Positions 1 through 9,248 of a stretch of 64,000 nucleotides of DNA are shown in pieces; position 1 is the stretch's first letter, and every line of letters starts with the position of its first letter. The position numbers and the translations under genes were made by a program. The notes beneath the pieces were generated by a model. The model was not told where the DNA came from, did not search any database, and was given only the letters and a program-made list of their open reading frames with translations. Location of the stretch: positions 151,970 through 215,969 of the forward strand of contig JAPOVQ010000001.1 of NCBI GenBank assembly GCA_026708035.1. Direction: 5' to 3'. This DNA is from Chloroflexota bacterium. GTDB taxonomy: Bacteria; Chloroflexota; UBA11872.

Positions 1-424
1 GGCCGGACCCATCCGCGCGGATGGGTCGGCGGTCGGTGCGTCGATCCACTCGACGAGGGGGATGCCGGTGTCGTCGGCGACCTGCTCCGGCACCGACCGT
101 CCGGCTTCCCAGGGGCGTCTGGCGGAGCGCGCTTCGTGAAGCATGACCACGTCCGGCTCGAGGTCGGCAAGCTCCGCGGCAACGAGCGGGCGCCGGCGCT
201 CCCACTCCCAGGAGAAGCCCCAGACGTTCCACATGGCGATGCGCAGTTTGGCCGGCGATCCATCGGCGGAGCGATGCCGCACACTCGGAGCCGTCACCGC
301 AGCCTGCCTGTCAGGTCAGTCCCGGGTACCGCCAAGGCCCTGTGGAGCCGCGGACCCGAGAGGTGCATTCCATCGTGCCCGACGCCGCGCAGCCTGCGTC
401 GCCGCGGAAGGGTGGTGTCGGCGA

Positions 425-1558
425 CTAGGCCACCACGAGCAGGTGCGGAGGCGCCCACATGCGCCAGCCGCTGGACGTGGGATCAAGGCCATATATCTGG
501 CGCGGGGTCATGACCGGCGTATCCGAAGCCCAGGGTGCGCGCGAGTTGTGCTGAAAAATCTTGATGCCGCGCCACTCAATCTGCGGGTAGGCCGTGGGGC
601 TGGTGATGGCGTTGTATTTGTGCACTTTGGCGTTGGGGCTGCCGAAGCCGTCGGCGTCGAAGACCAGCTCGACCTCCGGGTAGATCTCGATGTTTCGCTT
701 GCCGGGAACCATCGACCAGGAGTCGGAGACGTCATCGACGAACTGATGCACGATGAGCACTTTCTTGTGGGAGAGGCCCTCCTCGCGCACGTAGGAGGCC
801 AGGAGGGCCTGGACCTCGTTGATGCTGTAGGCGGAGAGGGATCCAGTCGGCTTGCCCGGCGTGTCCTGGTCCGGCTTGGTCGCGAACTCGGGATCAAGCG
901 CCACGTGCACGTTGGGATAGGCCAAATAGCCGGCGTCGATCATTCGTCGTATGAAGTAGGTGGGCGAGAGGCGGCCAATCTGGCTGTCGAGGATCACGTC
1001 CATGTCGCGATCCGCCGCCGGCTTGATGTAGTCCTCGATCAGGTCCACGCCGGACGCGTCGAGGAAGATCATGCAGCTGTCGTCCGTGCCGCGGCAGTTG
1101 CGAGCCAGCGCGTAGATCAAGTGCGGCGCCACCTTGACGGGCGCCTCGGCGAATTCCGACATGGCGTGAACCCACGGCTCGACGCTGTGTTCCAGCTCAT
1201 CAAACGAGTTGACCGCACCGAGCATCCCGAGCACCGGGGCCACGCCGAAACTGCGGCCGTAGACCGAAAGCAACGAGTGTCTCTGCAGGACCGACAGCGG
1301 TCCGAGCGGCGTGGGCGGCAGCACGTGCGACCACCAATCGCAGATGCCAGGATCGGGCTCGGCAGCCTCGCAAATCAGGTCAGCAATTGACTCTGGAGGT
1401 TGCGGAGGGCTGACCTCGGCAACAGGATGGAGGCTGCCTGCCGCGCCGGAGGGCTCGGCCGGCGCCGATGCAGTGGCCACCCTCCCCAAGAGCGTGCCTG
1501 CCGCGCTTCCCGACAGCAGCCCCAGGCCGTGCCTGAGGAATGAGCGACGGTCGAACAT
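425..1558 (-). CDS. Tat-signal secreted hypothetical protein (paralog A of a tandem pair)
   Basis: 377-aa ORF with the twin-arginine motif RRSFLRHGLGLL at the N-terminus. About 80% identical to the adjacent ORF 1715..2842 (shared blocks CMIFLDASGVDLIEDYIKPAADRDM, KVLIVHQFVDD, VELVFDADGFGSPNAKVHKYNAIT). No family recognised by eye. Confidence 0.6.
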   Translation of the reverse strand: MFDRRSFLRHGLGLLSGSAAGTLLGRVATASAPAEPSGAAGSLHPVAEVSPPQPPESIADLICEAAEPDPGICDWWSHVLPPTPLGPLSVLQRHSLLSVYGRSFGVAPVLGMLGAVNSFDELEHSVEPWVHAMSEFAEAPVKVAPHLIYALARNCRGTDDSCMIFLDASGVDLIEDYIKPAADRDMDVILDSQIGRLSPTYFIRRMIDAGYLAYPNVHVALDPEFATKPDQDTPGKPTGSLSAYSINEVQALLASYVREEGLSHKKVLIVHQFVDDVSDSWSMVPGKRNIEIYPEVELVFDADGFGSPNAKVHKYNAITSPTAYPQIEWRGIKIFQHNSRAPWASDTPVMTPRQIYGLDPTSSGWRMWAPPHLLVVA

Positions 1559-1714
1559 TCCCTAGGTGCAATGATACCACCAGAATGGGGGTTGGACACA
1601 ACATATAGGCGAGGCTAGGGAACTTTCCCCATATCCAGTAGCCGCACGCCGACGGGCCGACGCTACGGCCCTGATGCCCGTGGCCCGCTGCGGAGCTCTT
1701 CCGGCGGCGCCTGG

Positions 1715-2842
1715 CTAGGCCACCACGACTAAATGCGGCGGCGCCCAGATGCGCCACCCGGCCGGCGTTGGGTCGAGGCCGTAGATCTGGCGCGGGGTCA
1801 TCACGGGGGTATCCGAAAAGCGGGGCGCGTACGGGTTGTGCTGAAAGATCTTGATGCCGCGCCACTCGAGCTGCGGGTACGCCGTGGGATCGGTGATGGC
1901 GTTGTATTTGTGCACCTTGGCGTTGGGGCTGCCGAAGCCGTCGGCGTCGAAGACCAACTCGACTTCCGGGTAGATCTCGATGTTCTGCTTGCCAGGAACC
2001 ATCGACCAGGAGTCGGAGAGGTCGTCGACGAACTGATGCACGATGAGCACCTTCTTGTGGGAGAGACCCTCCTCGCGCACGTAGGAGGCCAAGAGGGCCT
2101 GGACCTCGTTGATGCTGTGGGCGGAAAGCGTGCCGATCGGATGGCCCGGCATGTCCTGGTCCGGGGCGGTGGCGAACTCGGGATCGAGTGCCACATGCAC
2201 ATTGGGAAATGCGAGATATCCGGCGTCGATCATTCGCCGAATGAAGTAGGTGGGCGAGAGGCGGCCAAGCTGGGTGTCGAGGATCACGGCCATGTCGCGA
2301 TCGGCCGCCGGCTTGATGTAGTCCTCGATCAGATCCACGCCCGACGCGTCAAGGAAGATCATGCAGGAGTCGTCGGCGCTGTGGCAGGGGCGAGCCAGCC
2401 CATAGATCAGGTGCGGCGCAACCGTGACGGGCGCGTTGGCGAGCTCCGACATGCCGCGAACCCACGGCTCGACGCTCCGCTGAAGCTCATCGAACGAGTT
2501 GAGCGCCCCGAGCATGCCGAGAATCGGGGCCACGCCGAAACTGCGGCCGTAGACCGTGAGCATCGGGGTTGCTTGCAACACCGACTGCGGTTCGGATGGC
2601 GTGGGCGGTCGCTCCAACCACGGTTCGCACTCGGTTGGAGCAAGGTTGGCGACATCGCAGATGATCTCGATGATCGACCGGCGGCCGGTATTTCCGGGCT
2701 CTGCGTCCGGCGTCGAGGCAACGGGTGCGCCGCGGGCTTCGGTCGGACCCGACGCAGCGGCTAGCCCTCCCCAAAGTGCTCCTGCCGCGCCTCCCGACAG
2801 CAGCCCCAGGCCGCGCCTGAGGAACGAACGACGGTCGTGCAT
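1715..2842 (-). CDS. Tat-signal secreted hypothetical protein (paralog B of a tandem pair)
   Basis: 375-aa ORF with N-terminal RRSFLRRGLGLLSGG. Near-identical to 425..1558 over most of its length; the nucleotide similarity is visible (e.g. 560-900 vs 1840-2200). Confidence 0.6.
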   Translation of the reverse strand: MHDRRSFLRRGLGLLSGGAAGALWGGLAAASGPTEARGAPVASTPDAEPGNTGRRSIIEIICDVANLAPTECEPWLERPPTPSEPQSVLQATPMLTVYGRSFGVAPILGMLGALNSFDELQRSVEPWVRGMSELANAPVTVAPHLIYGLARPCHSADDSCMIFLDASGVDLIEDYIKPAADRDMAVILDTQLGRLSPTYFIRRMIDAGYLAFPNVHVALDPEFATAPDQDMPGHPIGTLSAHSINEVQALLASYVREEGLSHKKVLIVHQFVDDLSDSWSMVPGKQNIEIYPEVELVFDADGFGSPNAKVHKYNAITDPTAYPQLEWRGIKIFQHNPYAPRFSDTPVMTPRQIYGLDPTPAGWRIWAPPHLVVVA

Positions 2843-3029
2843 TCCTCAGGCTTCATCGTACCAGATATCGAGTTACGCTCACAACGCAATGGAAGATTCT
2901 GCCCATTTGCCCCATATTTCATAAACGAATACACACGTCAACCAGTATGAACATCACAGGATTCATGACGGCAGGCACCGTGGCGCGGTCGCGCATCGGG
3001 CTGCCGAGATCGCCCGGGCGGACGATTCC

Positions 3030-3512
3030 TCAGGACAGGCCGGGCGTACGGTCGAGGGCGGCGAGGCTGCGGCGCAGGAGAGCCGCGTAGCGAGCACGCT
3101 CGGCGTCGTCCGCGCGCCGGCCGCGCGATTTGGTCGCGCCGTCGCCCAGGTGGCGCGGGATCACGTGCGTGTGCAGGTGCCAAACGTCCTGGCCGCCGGC
3201 CGGCTCGTTGTTTTGGCGCACGGTCACGCCGTCGCAGGGATATCCGGTGCGCATGGCGATGGCGACGCGGCGCGCCACTTGGGCAATGCGGCTCGCCAAG
3301 TCGTCCGGAAGCGCGTAGAGGTTTTCGTAGTGCGCCAGCGGGATCACGAGCGCGTTTCCGCCTTGCGAATTGTGCGGGCTATGGCGTCTCGAGATTTGCA
3401 CCACGACGTGGGCGTCACGCCAGGCGGTGAACTCCGATTCGGCGCCTGCCGCAATGGCGCAGAAGGGGCAGTCGTAGCCGGGCGGGGCGTGTGAGACGGT
3501 CAACCGCGGCAT
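3030..3512 (-). CDS. HIT (histidine triad) family hydrolase
   Basis: 160 aa; histidine-triad motif HLHTHVIPR near the C-terminus and a CPFC zinc-binding-like motif at the N-terminus. Confidence 0.7.
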   Translation of the reverse strand: MPRLTVSHAPPGYDCPFCAIAAGAESEFTAWRDAHVVVQISRRHSPHNSQGGNALVIPLAHYENLYALPDDLASRIAQVARRVAIAMRTGYPCDGVTVRQNNEPAGGQDVWHLHTHVIPRHLGDGATKSRGRRADDAERARYAALLRRSLAALDRTPGLS

Positions 3513-3536
3513 GGGCCGTGGACCATCAGCCAGCGT

Positions 3537-6359
3537 CTAGGCCTGGGCGCTGGTCAGCGAGCGAGATTGGCGGCTGGGTTCTGACTCCAACACCTCGATC
3601 TTGCAGGCGCAGATCTTGTATTCGGGGATCTTGGAAATCGGGTCGAGGGCGTTGATGGTGAGCAAGTTGGCAGCGGCTTCGACGAAATGCCAACCCATGT
3701 AGACGGTGCCCGGCGGGACGCGGCGGGTGATCCAGGCGCGGGCCTCGAGGCTGCCGCGGCGGCTGCTGACGCGCACCAGCCCGCTCTTGGGAATACCGAG
3801 ACGGTCGGCGTCCTCGGGCGACACCTCCACCAGCGGCTCGGGATAGGCGTCGTCGAGCCGGGAGCGGCGGCTGACCGAGCCGGTGTGCCAGTGGTAGAGC
3901 ACCCGACCGGTATTGAAGATGAAGGGATACTCCGCGTCGGGAATCTCCACGTTTTCAGTCCAGTCGATGGGCGTCATGGTGGCCTTGCCGTCGCTGGTGG
4001 GGAAGCGGTCGCCGAATAGCCACAGTGCGCCGGGGTCGGCGTCGTCGAGGCACGGCCAGCGGAGGCCGCCCTCGCGGTCGAGCCGGGCGTGGCTGAGCCC
4101 GGCGTGGCTGGGCGTGAGCCGCGCAATCTCATCAAAGATCTCCGCCGGTGTGCTCAATCCGGGGTCGTAGCCCATCCGCTGGGAGAGGTCTAAGACGATT
4201 TCCCAGTCCTGCCGCGCCTCGCCGGGCGGGTCGAGGATGGGCCGAACCCGTTGCACGCGCCGATCGGTGTTGGTGAAGGTGCCGTCTTTCTCGGCCCAGC
4301 TGGCGGCGGGGAGCACGACGTCGGCGATTTGCGCCGTCTCGGTCATGAAGATGTCCTGCACCGCCAGAAAGTCGATGTGGTTGAAGTGCTCGCGAGCGGC
4401 GTTGAGGTCAGGGTCCGACATGAGCGGGTTCTCACCCATGATGAACATGGCCCGCAGATCTCCGCGCCCCACGGCATCGGCGATTTCCATGGTGGTGAGG
4501 CCCTGGGCCGACGGCAGCGTGACTTCCCAGGCCTTCTCGAACACGCCGCGAACTCCAGGATCCTCGACCGAGCGGTAGTCCGTGAAGTACATCGGAATTG
4601 CGCCCACGTCGCTGGTGCCTTGGACGTTGTTTTGCCCGCGCAGCGGATTGAGTCCCGTTCCGCGCCGGCCGACGTTCCCCGTGGCCAAACAGAGATTGAT
4701 GAGCGTGAGGCAGGCGTCGGTGCCATGCGTCTGCTCGGAAATGCCGACGCCCCAGTAGAACGACGTCTTGCCAGATTCGCCAATGATGTGGGCGGCGCGC
4801 TCGATTTCAGCCGCCGGTATGCCGGTGAGCGCTTCTTGACGCTCGGGCGTCCAGGTGCGCACCGACTCAGCGACGGCATCAAAATCGTTGACCCGCAACG
4901 CTACGAAGTCCTCGTCGACCAGCCCATCGCGGATCACCACATGGAGCAGGGCGTTGTACATGGGCACGTCGGTGCCGGTGCGGAACTGGAGGTGCACGTC
5001 GGCCCAGCGGGTGAGCTCGATGGCACGCGGGTCGGCCACGATCAGCCGTGCCCCGTCACGCACGGCGGCCTTCATCTTGAGGGCCGTGATGGGGTGAGTT
5101 TCGGTGGTGTTCGAGCCAGTGACGAAGATCACGTCGTTCTCGGCGATCTCATCAAGTGAATTGGTGAACGCGCCGGTTCCGAGGGCAATGTCGAGCGCCG
5201 CGACGGACGAGGCGTGGCAGAGCCGAGTGCAGTTGTCGATGTTGTTGGTGTGCAGGGCCGCGCGGGTGAACTTCTGGAGCAGGTAGTTCTCCTCGTTGGT
5301 GCACTTGGAGGAGGCGTAGACCGCCACCGAGCCGGGTCCCTGCGAGTCGCGGTGGTGCGCCAGCCGCTCGGCGGTCAGATCGAGCGCCTCGTCCCAGCTC
5401 GCGCGCCGCCAACGGCCCTCGCCGCGTGCGCCAACCCGAATGAGGGGATGCGTGAGCCGGTCTTCATGCTGCGCGTAGTCCCAGCCGTAGCGGCCCTTGA
5501 CGCAGAGCCAGCCCTGGTTGACCGGGTGATCGTCGGGCGAATCCACGTGGGTGATTGCCCCATCGCGGACGTGGGCGGTGAGGCCACAGCCGACGCCGCA
5601 GAAGGAGCAGGTGGTCTCGACGACGCGATCGTCGGTGAGCCGGCCGCGCCGCTCGGCTTCCCAGTGGGCGCGGCCCTTGAGGGCGCCGCTGGGGCACACC
5701 TGGACGCAGTTGCCGCAGTAGACGCAGGTGGTGTCCATCATGCCGTCGTACTCGGAGGTGCCCACGCGGACCTCGAACCCACGCTCGGCCGGCTCGATGG
5801 CGAAGGTGAACTGCACCTGGTCGCCGCAGACGTCCACACAGCGCCAGCACATGACGCACTTGTTGTAGTCGCGGATGTAGTAGGGGTTGTCGACGTAGAT
5901 CGGAAAGGGCTCGCGCTCGGCGGCGGTGCCGACGGCGAGGCCATATTCGGCGCAGAGGTCCTCCAGCTCCGGCGCTTCGCTGAGGTCGACGCCGCCGAGG
6001 AGCAGTCGCAGGGAACCGCGGCGCGACGCGAGCACGTTGTGGCTGCTCGTGTAGACGACCTGGCCCGGCTCGGCCTTGGCGCGACAGGACGGCAACAGCT
6101 TCGACGCTTGGCGGTCGGGGGCGCCGGGCGGGGGTTCGGCGTGGGAGCCGTCAGGGCTGAGCGACTGTTCCACGACACACAGGCGGCAGTTGGCCGAGGC
6201 CGCCATGTTGGGGTGAAAGCAGAGCGTGGGGACCTCGACGCCGGCCGCGGATGCCGCATCCAGCAGCGTGGCGCCAGCCGGCACCGACACAAGTCGCCCG
6301 TCAATCGTGAGGCTGATGTCTTCGATCGGCACTGCCAATTCCCCGCACCCCTGTAACAA
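3537..6359 (-). CDS. Formate dehydrogenase alpha subunit, NAD-dependent FdsA-type (molybdopterin oxidoreductase with N-terminal 2Fe-2S/NuoG-like domain), Cys-type
   Basis: 940 aa. N-terminal 2Fe-2S ferredoxin-like region (TLCFHPNMAASANCRLCVVE), 4Fe-4S motifs (CVYCGNCVQVCP) and molybdopterin-domain start (TTCSFCGVGCGL). Active-site region NCTRLCHASSVA has Cys where Sec-type FDHs have U, and there is no in-frame stop. Confidence 0.8.
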   Translation of the reverse strand: MLQGCGELAVPIEDISLTIDGRLVSVPAGATLLDAASAAGVEVPTLCFHPNMAASANCRLCVVEQSLSPDGSHAEPPPGAPDRQASKLLPSCRAKAEPGQVVYTSSHNVLASRRGSLRLLLGGVDLSEAPELEDLCAEYGLAVGTAAEREPFPIYVDNPYYIRDYNKCVMCWRCVDVCGDQVQFTFAIEPAERGFEVRVGTSEYDGMMDTTCVYCGNCVQVCPSGALKGRAHWEAERRGRLTDDRVVETTCSFCGVGCGLTAHVRDGAITHVDSPDDHPVNQGWLCVKGRYGWDYAQHEDRLTHPLIRVGARGEGRWRRASWDEALDLTAERLAHHRDSQGPGSVAVYASSKCTNEENYLLQKFTRAALHTNNIDNCTRLCHASSVAALDIALGTGAFTNSLDEIAENDVIFVTGSNTTETHPITALKMKAAVRDGARLIVADPRAIELTRWADVHLQFRTGTDVPMYNALLHVVIRDGLVDEDFVALRVNDFDAVAESVRTWTPERQEALTGIPAAEIERAAHIIGESGKTSFYWGVGISEQTHGTDACLTLINLCLATGNVGRRGTGLNPLRGQNNVQGTSDVGAIPMYFTDYRSVEDPGVRGVFEKAWEVTLPSAQGLTTMEIADAVGRGDLRAMFIMGENPLMSDPDLNAAREHFNHIDFLAVQDIFMTETAQIADVVLPAASWAEKDGTFTNTDRRVQRVRPILDPPGEARQDWEIVLDLSQRMGYDPGLSTPAEIFDEIARLTPSHAGLSHARLDREGGLRWPCLDDADPGALWLFGDRFPTSDGKATMTPIDWTENVEIPDAEYPFIFNTGRVLYHWHTGSVSRRSRLDDAYPEPLVEVSPEDADRLGIPKSGLVRVSSRRGSLEARAWITRRVPPGTVYMGWHFVEAAANLLTINALDPISKIPEYKICACKIEVLESEPSRQSRSLTSAQA

Positions 6360-6384
6360 CAGATTACGCCAGGAAAGGCGACGG

Positions 6385-6636
6385 TCACCGCTTGCGGGAC
6401 GGAGGTCCTTCGGGCGGCTCTCGGAAGAGGAGCCGGAAGACGTATGCCAGCCAGCCGAGGGAAACCAGGATCACCGGCGGTACGAGCACGGCAAGCAGTA
6501 GGCCGGTGTCGACAGCCGCCGCGCCGCCGGCGTCGGGCGCGGCGCCGGTAGGGCCGGCGCAGGTGGCCCCCATCAGCAGGGTGAGCAGGAGCGCGGCGAG
6601 CGCGGCCGAACCCCGCAGCCGGATAAGCCCCGACAT
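6385..6636 (-). CDS. small membrane protein (hypothetical)
   Basis: The internal Met of ORF 6385..6780 gives an 83-aa product MSGLIRLRGSAALAALLLTLLMG… with a signal/TM-like N-terminus and a second hydrophobic stretch. The start codon lies 1 nt after the stop of the upstream gene 6638..7102 and the gene sits immediately upstream of fdhA on the same strand. Confidence 0.3.
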   Translation of the reverse strand: MSGLIRLRGSAALAALLLTLLMGATCAGPTGAAPDAGGAAAVDTGLLLAVLVPPVILVSLGWLAYVFRLLFREPPEGPPSRKR

Positions 6637-6637
6637 G

Positions 6638-7102
6638 CTAGGGGCGTTTTGCGGCCAGGCGTGCCAGCAAGTCGGCGAGGCTCCGCAGCGGCCCACAGTC
6701 GAGCGCCGCGTCGAGCGCCAGCGAGACGATGGACACACCGACGAGCGTCCACCCGAGCGGATGGTTGCCCGCGAACACAAACACCGACCCGGCCAGCGCC
6801 ACGGTACCGGTCAAGGCATCGGCGCGATCGAACGCCGCTCGAGGTTCAGACGCGCGTTGGCGCCGCGCGGGCGCGATGAGCCACCAGTGCAGGGCGCGCG
6901 GCAAGCTCAGGCGCGAATTCACCGATCCCGACAGTTGGACAAGCACGCCGATCAAGATGATCCACGGCCCGACCGCGGTGCTCGCCACGACGATGCCGAG
7001 CGCATACCACGTCGCCAGCACGCCCTGGTGAAAGCGGCGCTCGGCCCGGTCGCCGGTCGAGACGCCGCCAGGCGCGTCGGGCGGCCGTCCTTCGGGCGTC
7101 AA
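6638..7102 (-). CDS. integral membrane protein (hypothetical)
   Basis: 154 aa with 3-4 hydrophobic helices (LATWYALGIVVASTAVGPWIILIGVLVQL…). Same strand and tightly spaced with the following small ORF and fdhA. Confidence 0.45.
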   Translation of the reverse strand: MTPEGRPPDAPGGVSTGDRAERRFHQGVLATWYALGIVVASTAVGPWIILIGVLVQLSGSVNSRLSLPRALHWWLIAPARRQRASEPRAAFDRADALTGTVALAGSVFVFAGNHPLGWTLVGVSIVSLALDAALDCGPLRSLADLLARLAAKRP

Positions 7103-7106
7103 GTCA

Positions 7107-7670
7107 TCATTCGTTCTGCTCGGCCTCGTCCGTTTCCGCCGGCGGCGCGTGCAGCGTCACCGGCTGCGCCATGAAGTCAACGCTCGCCAGCAGCACACGG
7201 CGACCGTCGGGCAGGCGCAGGCGAACCGACCGGGGACCGACCTCTTCCACAAACCCGCGAAAGCCGCGGATCTCGATCTCGGCTCCGACGCCAATCCGCC
7301 GCTTCGCCGAAACAATGACGCCCGAAATCAGATTCCGCGCGATGTCCTGGGTGCCGAAGGCGATGCCGACCGACAGTCCGCCGATGATCGCCAGCAGCAC
7401 GTTGAGGTTGAAGCCGACGGACGTGAGGGCGACGTAGATTCCAACCAGCACCACCAGCCAGGTCGTAAGGCGTACGATCCACGCCGAGGCCCGTTCGTCG
7501 GTGTTCAGCCGCTCGCTCAAGGACCGGCGCAGGAGCCGCCGCAACGGCAGCAGCGCAATGATGGTGATCGCGAGGATGATTACGATCTGGATGACGCCGA
7601 GCGGCGTCAGGATCTTGCCGTCGATTTCCGTGATCGGTGCGTTGAGCACGTCCAAGGTTTGCTGCCACAT
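7107..7670 (-). CDS. mechanosensitive ion channel, MscS family (small)
   Basis: MscS pore-helix/beta-domain signature region …LLAIIGGLSVGIAFGTQDIARNLISGVIV… A start at internal Met MWQQTL (codon 7668..7670) fits the TM topology; the longer ORF to 7871 overlaps the lnt start region. Confidence 0.6.
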   Translation of the reverse strand: MWQQTLDVLNAPITEIDGKILTPLGVIQIVIILAITIIALLPLRRLLRRSLSERLNTDERASAWIVRLTTWLVVLVGIYVALTSVGFNLNVLLAIIGGLSVGIAFGTQDIARNLISGVIVSAKRRIGVGAEIEIRGFRGFVEEVGPRSVRLRLPDGRRVLLASVDFMAQPVTLHAPPAETDEAEQNE

Positions 7671-7718
7671 GTCCACGAGCGACTTCCCCCACGCTCGGCG
7701 TTCCGGTAACCGAGTCGA

Positions 7719-9248
7719 ATGGTAGCCGCTACCGGACGTCGGATAGCGCACGGAGGACCACCGGTGCTGGCGGCTGTGGCGACGGGCGCCCTCGTTGCCG
7801 CGAGCTTTCCGCCGCTCTCGTGGACGGCCCTGGGATTCGTCGCCTGGGTGCCGCTGATGCTGGCGGTGCATGCGCCCGAGCGTTCGAATGCCGCGGCGCG
7901 AATGCTGGCGGGACTCGGCTGCGGCACGCTCTTCGGTCTTCTGGCGCTGAGCATCGATCCGCCGGAGGTGATCACGGGCGCGGCGTGGGTCGGGGTGAGC
8001 GCGGCGGTGGCCGCGGCGTTCGGCCTCGTGGCGGGGTTGCAGGCCCTACCCGTGCTGACGCCGCGCCTGCACACGGCGCTGCGGGGCTGGGGGATCGTGT
8101 GGCTGCCGGCGCTGGTGTGGGCGGGCGTCGAGTACCTGCGGCTGGTGACGACGGCCGGCCACCAGTGGGGCATGACCGCCACCGCGCAGATCGACGTCGC
8201 GCCGCTGCGGGCGTTCCTGCCGCTGGCCGGCATGTGGCCGGTCGCGATCATCGTGATGGCCACCAACGGCGCAATCGTGGCGCTCATTCTGCTCGCCCGG
8301 GGACGATGGACGGGATCGCGGCGGGCGCTGGGCTGGACCGTGGGTGCAGTGGCCGGGGCCTGGGCCCTGGGCGGGATCCTGGCGCTGCTGCCGGCGCCGG
8401 CGCCAACCGGCACGCTGCGGGCGGCCCTGGTGCAACCGGGCGAGCACGTGCCGGACCATCCGCTCACGCGGCCACTGATCATCCGTCGCCAATATGCCGA
8501 GCTCACCGAGGTCATCACGGCGGTGCATGGGCCGCCGACTGTCGCGGCGCAGGGTGCACAACTGGTGGTGTGGCCCGAGGCCTCGGGCTGGGTCGACCCG
8601 CTGACGCCGACCGGGCAGGCGCTGGCGCAGCAGGTGGCCGACGTGGCGGGGCGATCGGACGCGACGATCGTGTGGCCCTATTTCATTCGCATCGACAGCG
8701 AACGCACGCGCAACGAGGCCGTGCTGGTCTTTCCCGATGGCCGGCTCTCGGCACCCACGACCAAGGCACATCCGGTGTGGGTGATCGGCGAGCGCAGCAT
8801 CACCGAAGGGCTGCACCCCGTGTATGCCGTTGACGGCGTGAACGTGGGACTGGCTCTGGGGCCGGATGGCAGCTACACCGACGCGCTGGCGCGATTGGCC
8901 CGCGACGGCGCCCAGGTGGTGGCGGTGCCGACGCACGATTGGGCCGCCTACGCCGGCACGCAGCTGGCGCACCTGCGCGTGCGGGCGGCCGAGCACCGGC
9001 TGGCGATTGTCAAGACCGACTGGCGCTACGGGTCGGCCATCGTTGCACCGGATGGGAGCATCGTCGCCGCAACGCCCCACGCCACCCAGCTGGAGACCAT
9101 GCTGGCCGCCGACGTGGCGGTCACGACGCCGGGCTCTCCCTATAGCGCCAGCGGGGACTGGTTGGGGGTGGTGAGCCTCGTGGTCGCCGTGGGGGCGATT
9201 GCGGCTTCGGTGGTGTCGGGGCGCGTCGGTCGGCGGCGTTCGAGCTAG
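7719..9248 (+). CDS. lnt: apolipoprotein N-acyltransferase
   Basis: 509 aa. N-terminal polytopic membrane domain plus C-terminal carbon-nitrogen hydrolase domain (LVVWPEASGW, conserved Glu/Lys/Cys positions). Confidence 0.7.
   Translation: MVAATGRRIAHGGPPVLAAVATGALVAASFPPLSWTALGFVAWVPLMLAVHAPERSNAAARMLAGLGCGTLFGLLALSIDPPEVITGAAWVGVSAAVAAAFGLVAGLQALPVLTPRLHTALRGWGIVWLPALVWAGVEYLRLVTTAGHQWGMTATAQIDVAPLRAFLPLAGMWPVAIIVMATNGAIVALILLARGRWTGSRRALGWTVGAVAGAWALGGILALLPAPAPTGTLRAALVQPGEHVPDHPLTRPLIIRRQYAELTEVITAVHGPPTVAAQGAQLVVWPEASGWVDPLTPTGQALAQQVADVAGRSDATIVWPYFIRIDSERTRNEAVLVFPDGRLSAPTTKAHPVWVIGERSITEGLHPVYAVDGVNVGLALGPDGSYTDALARLARDGAQVVAVPTHDWAAYAGTQLAHLRVRAAEHRLAIVKTDWRYGSAIVAPDGSIVAATPHATQLETMLAADVAVTTPGSPYSASGDWLGVVSLVVAVGAIAASVVSGRVGRRRSS

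Noticed and set aside
1-144. Possible 5' end of a minus-strand gene running off the window (MLHEARSARRPWEAGRS…)
   Set aside because: No recognisable family, and it overlaps a perfect 22-nt palindrome (6..27) that looks more like a terminator than coding sequence.
143-1390. 415-aa + strand ORF
   Set aside because: Lies antisense to the well-supported Tat-protein gene 425..1558. Its composition is Arg/Gly/Ala-rich with no motifs, a typical high-GC overprint.
4251-6356. Several + strand ORFs (302 aa, 380 aa)
   Set aside because: Antisense to the formate dehydrogenase alpha gene.
3537-6359. Selenocysteine in the formate dehydrogenase
   Set aside because: The ORF is uninterrupted and the active-site box reads …TRLCHASS… with Cys, so it is a Cys-type enzyme.
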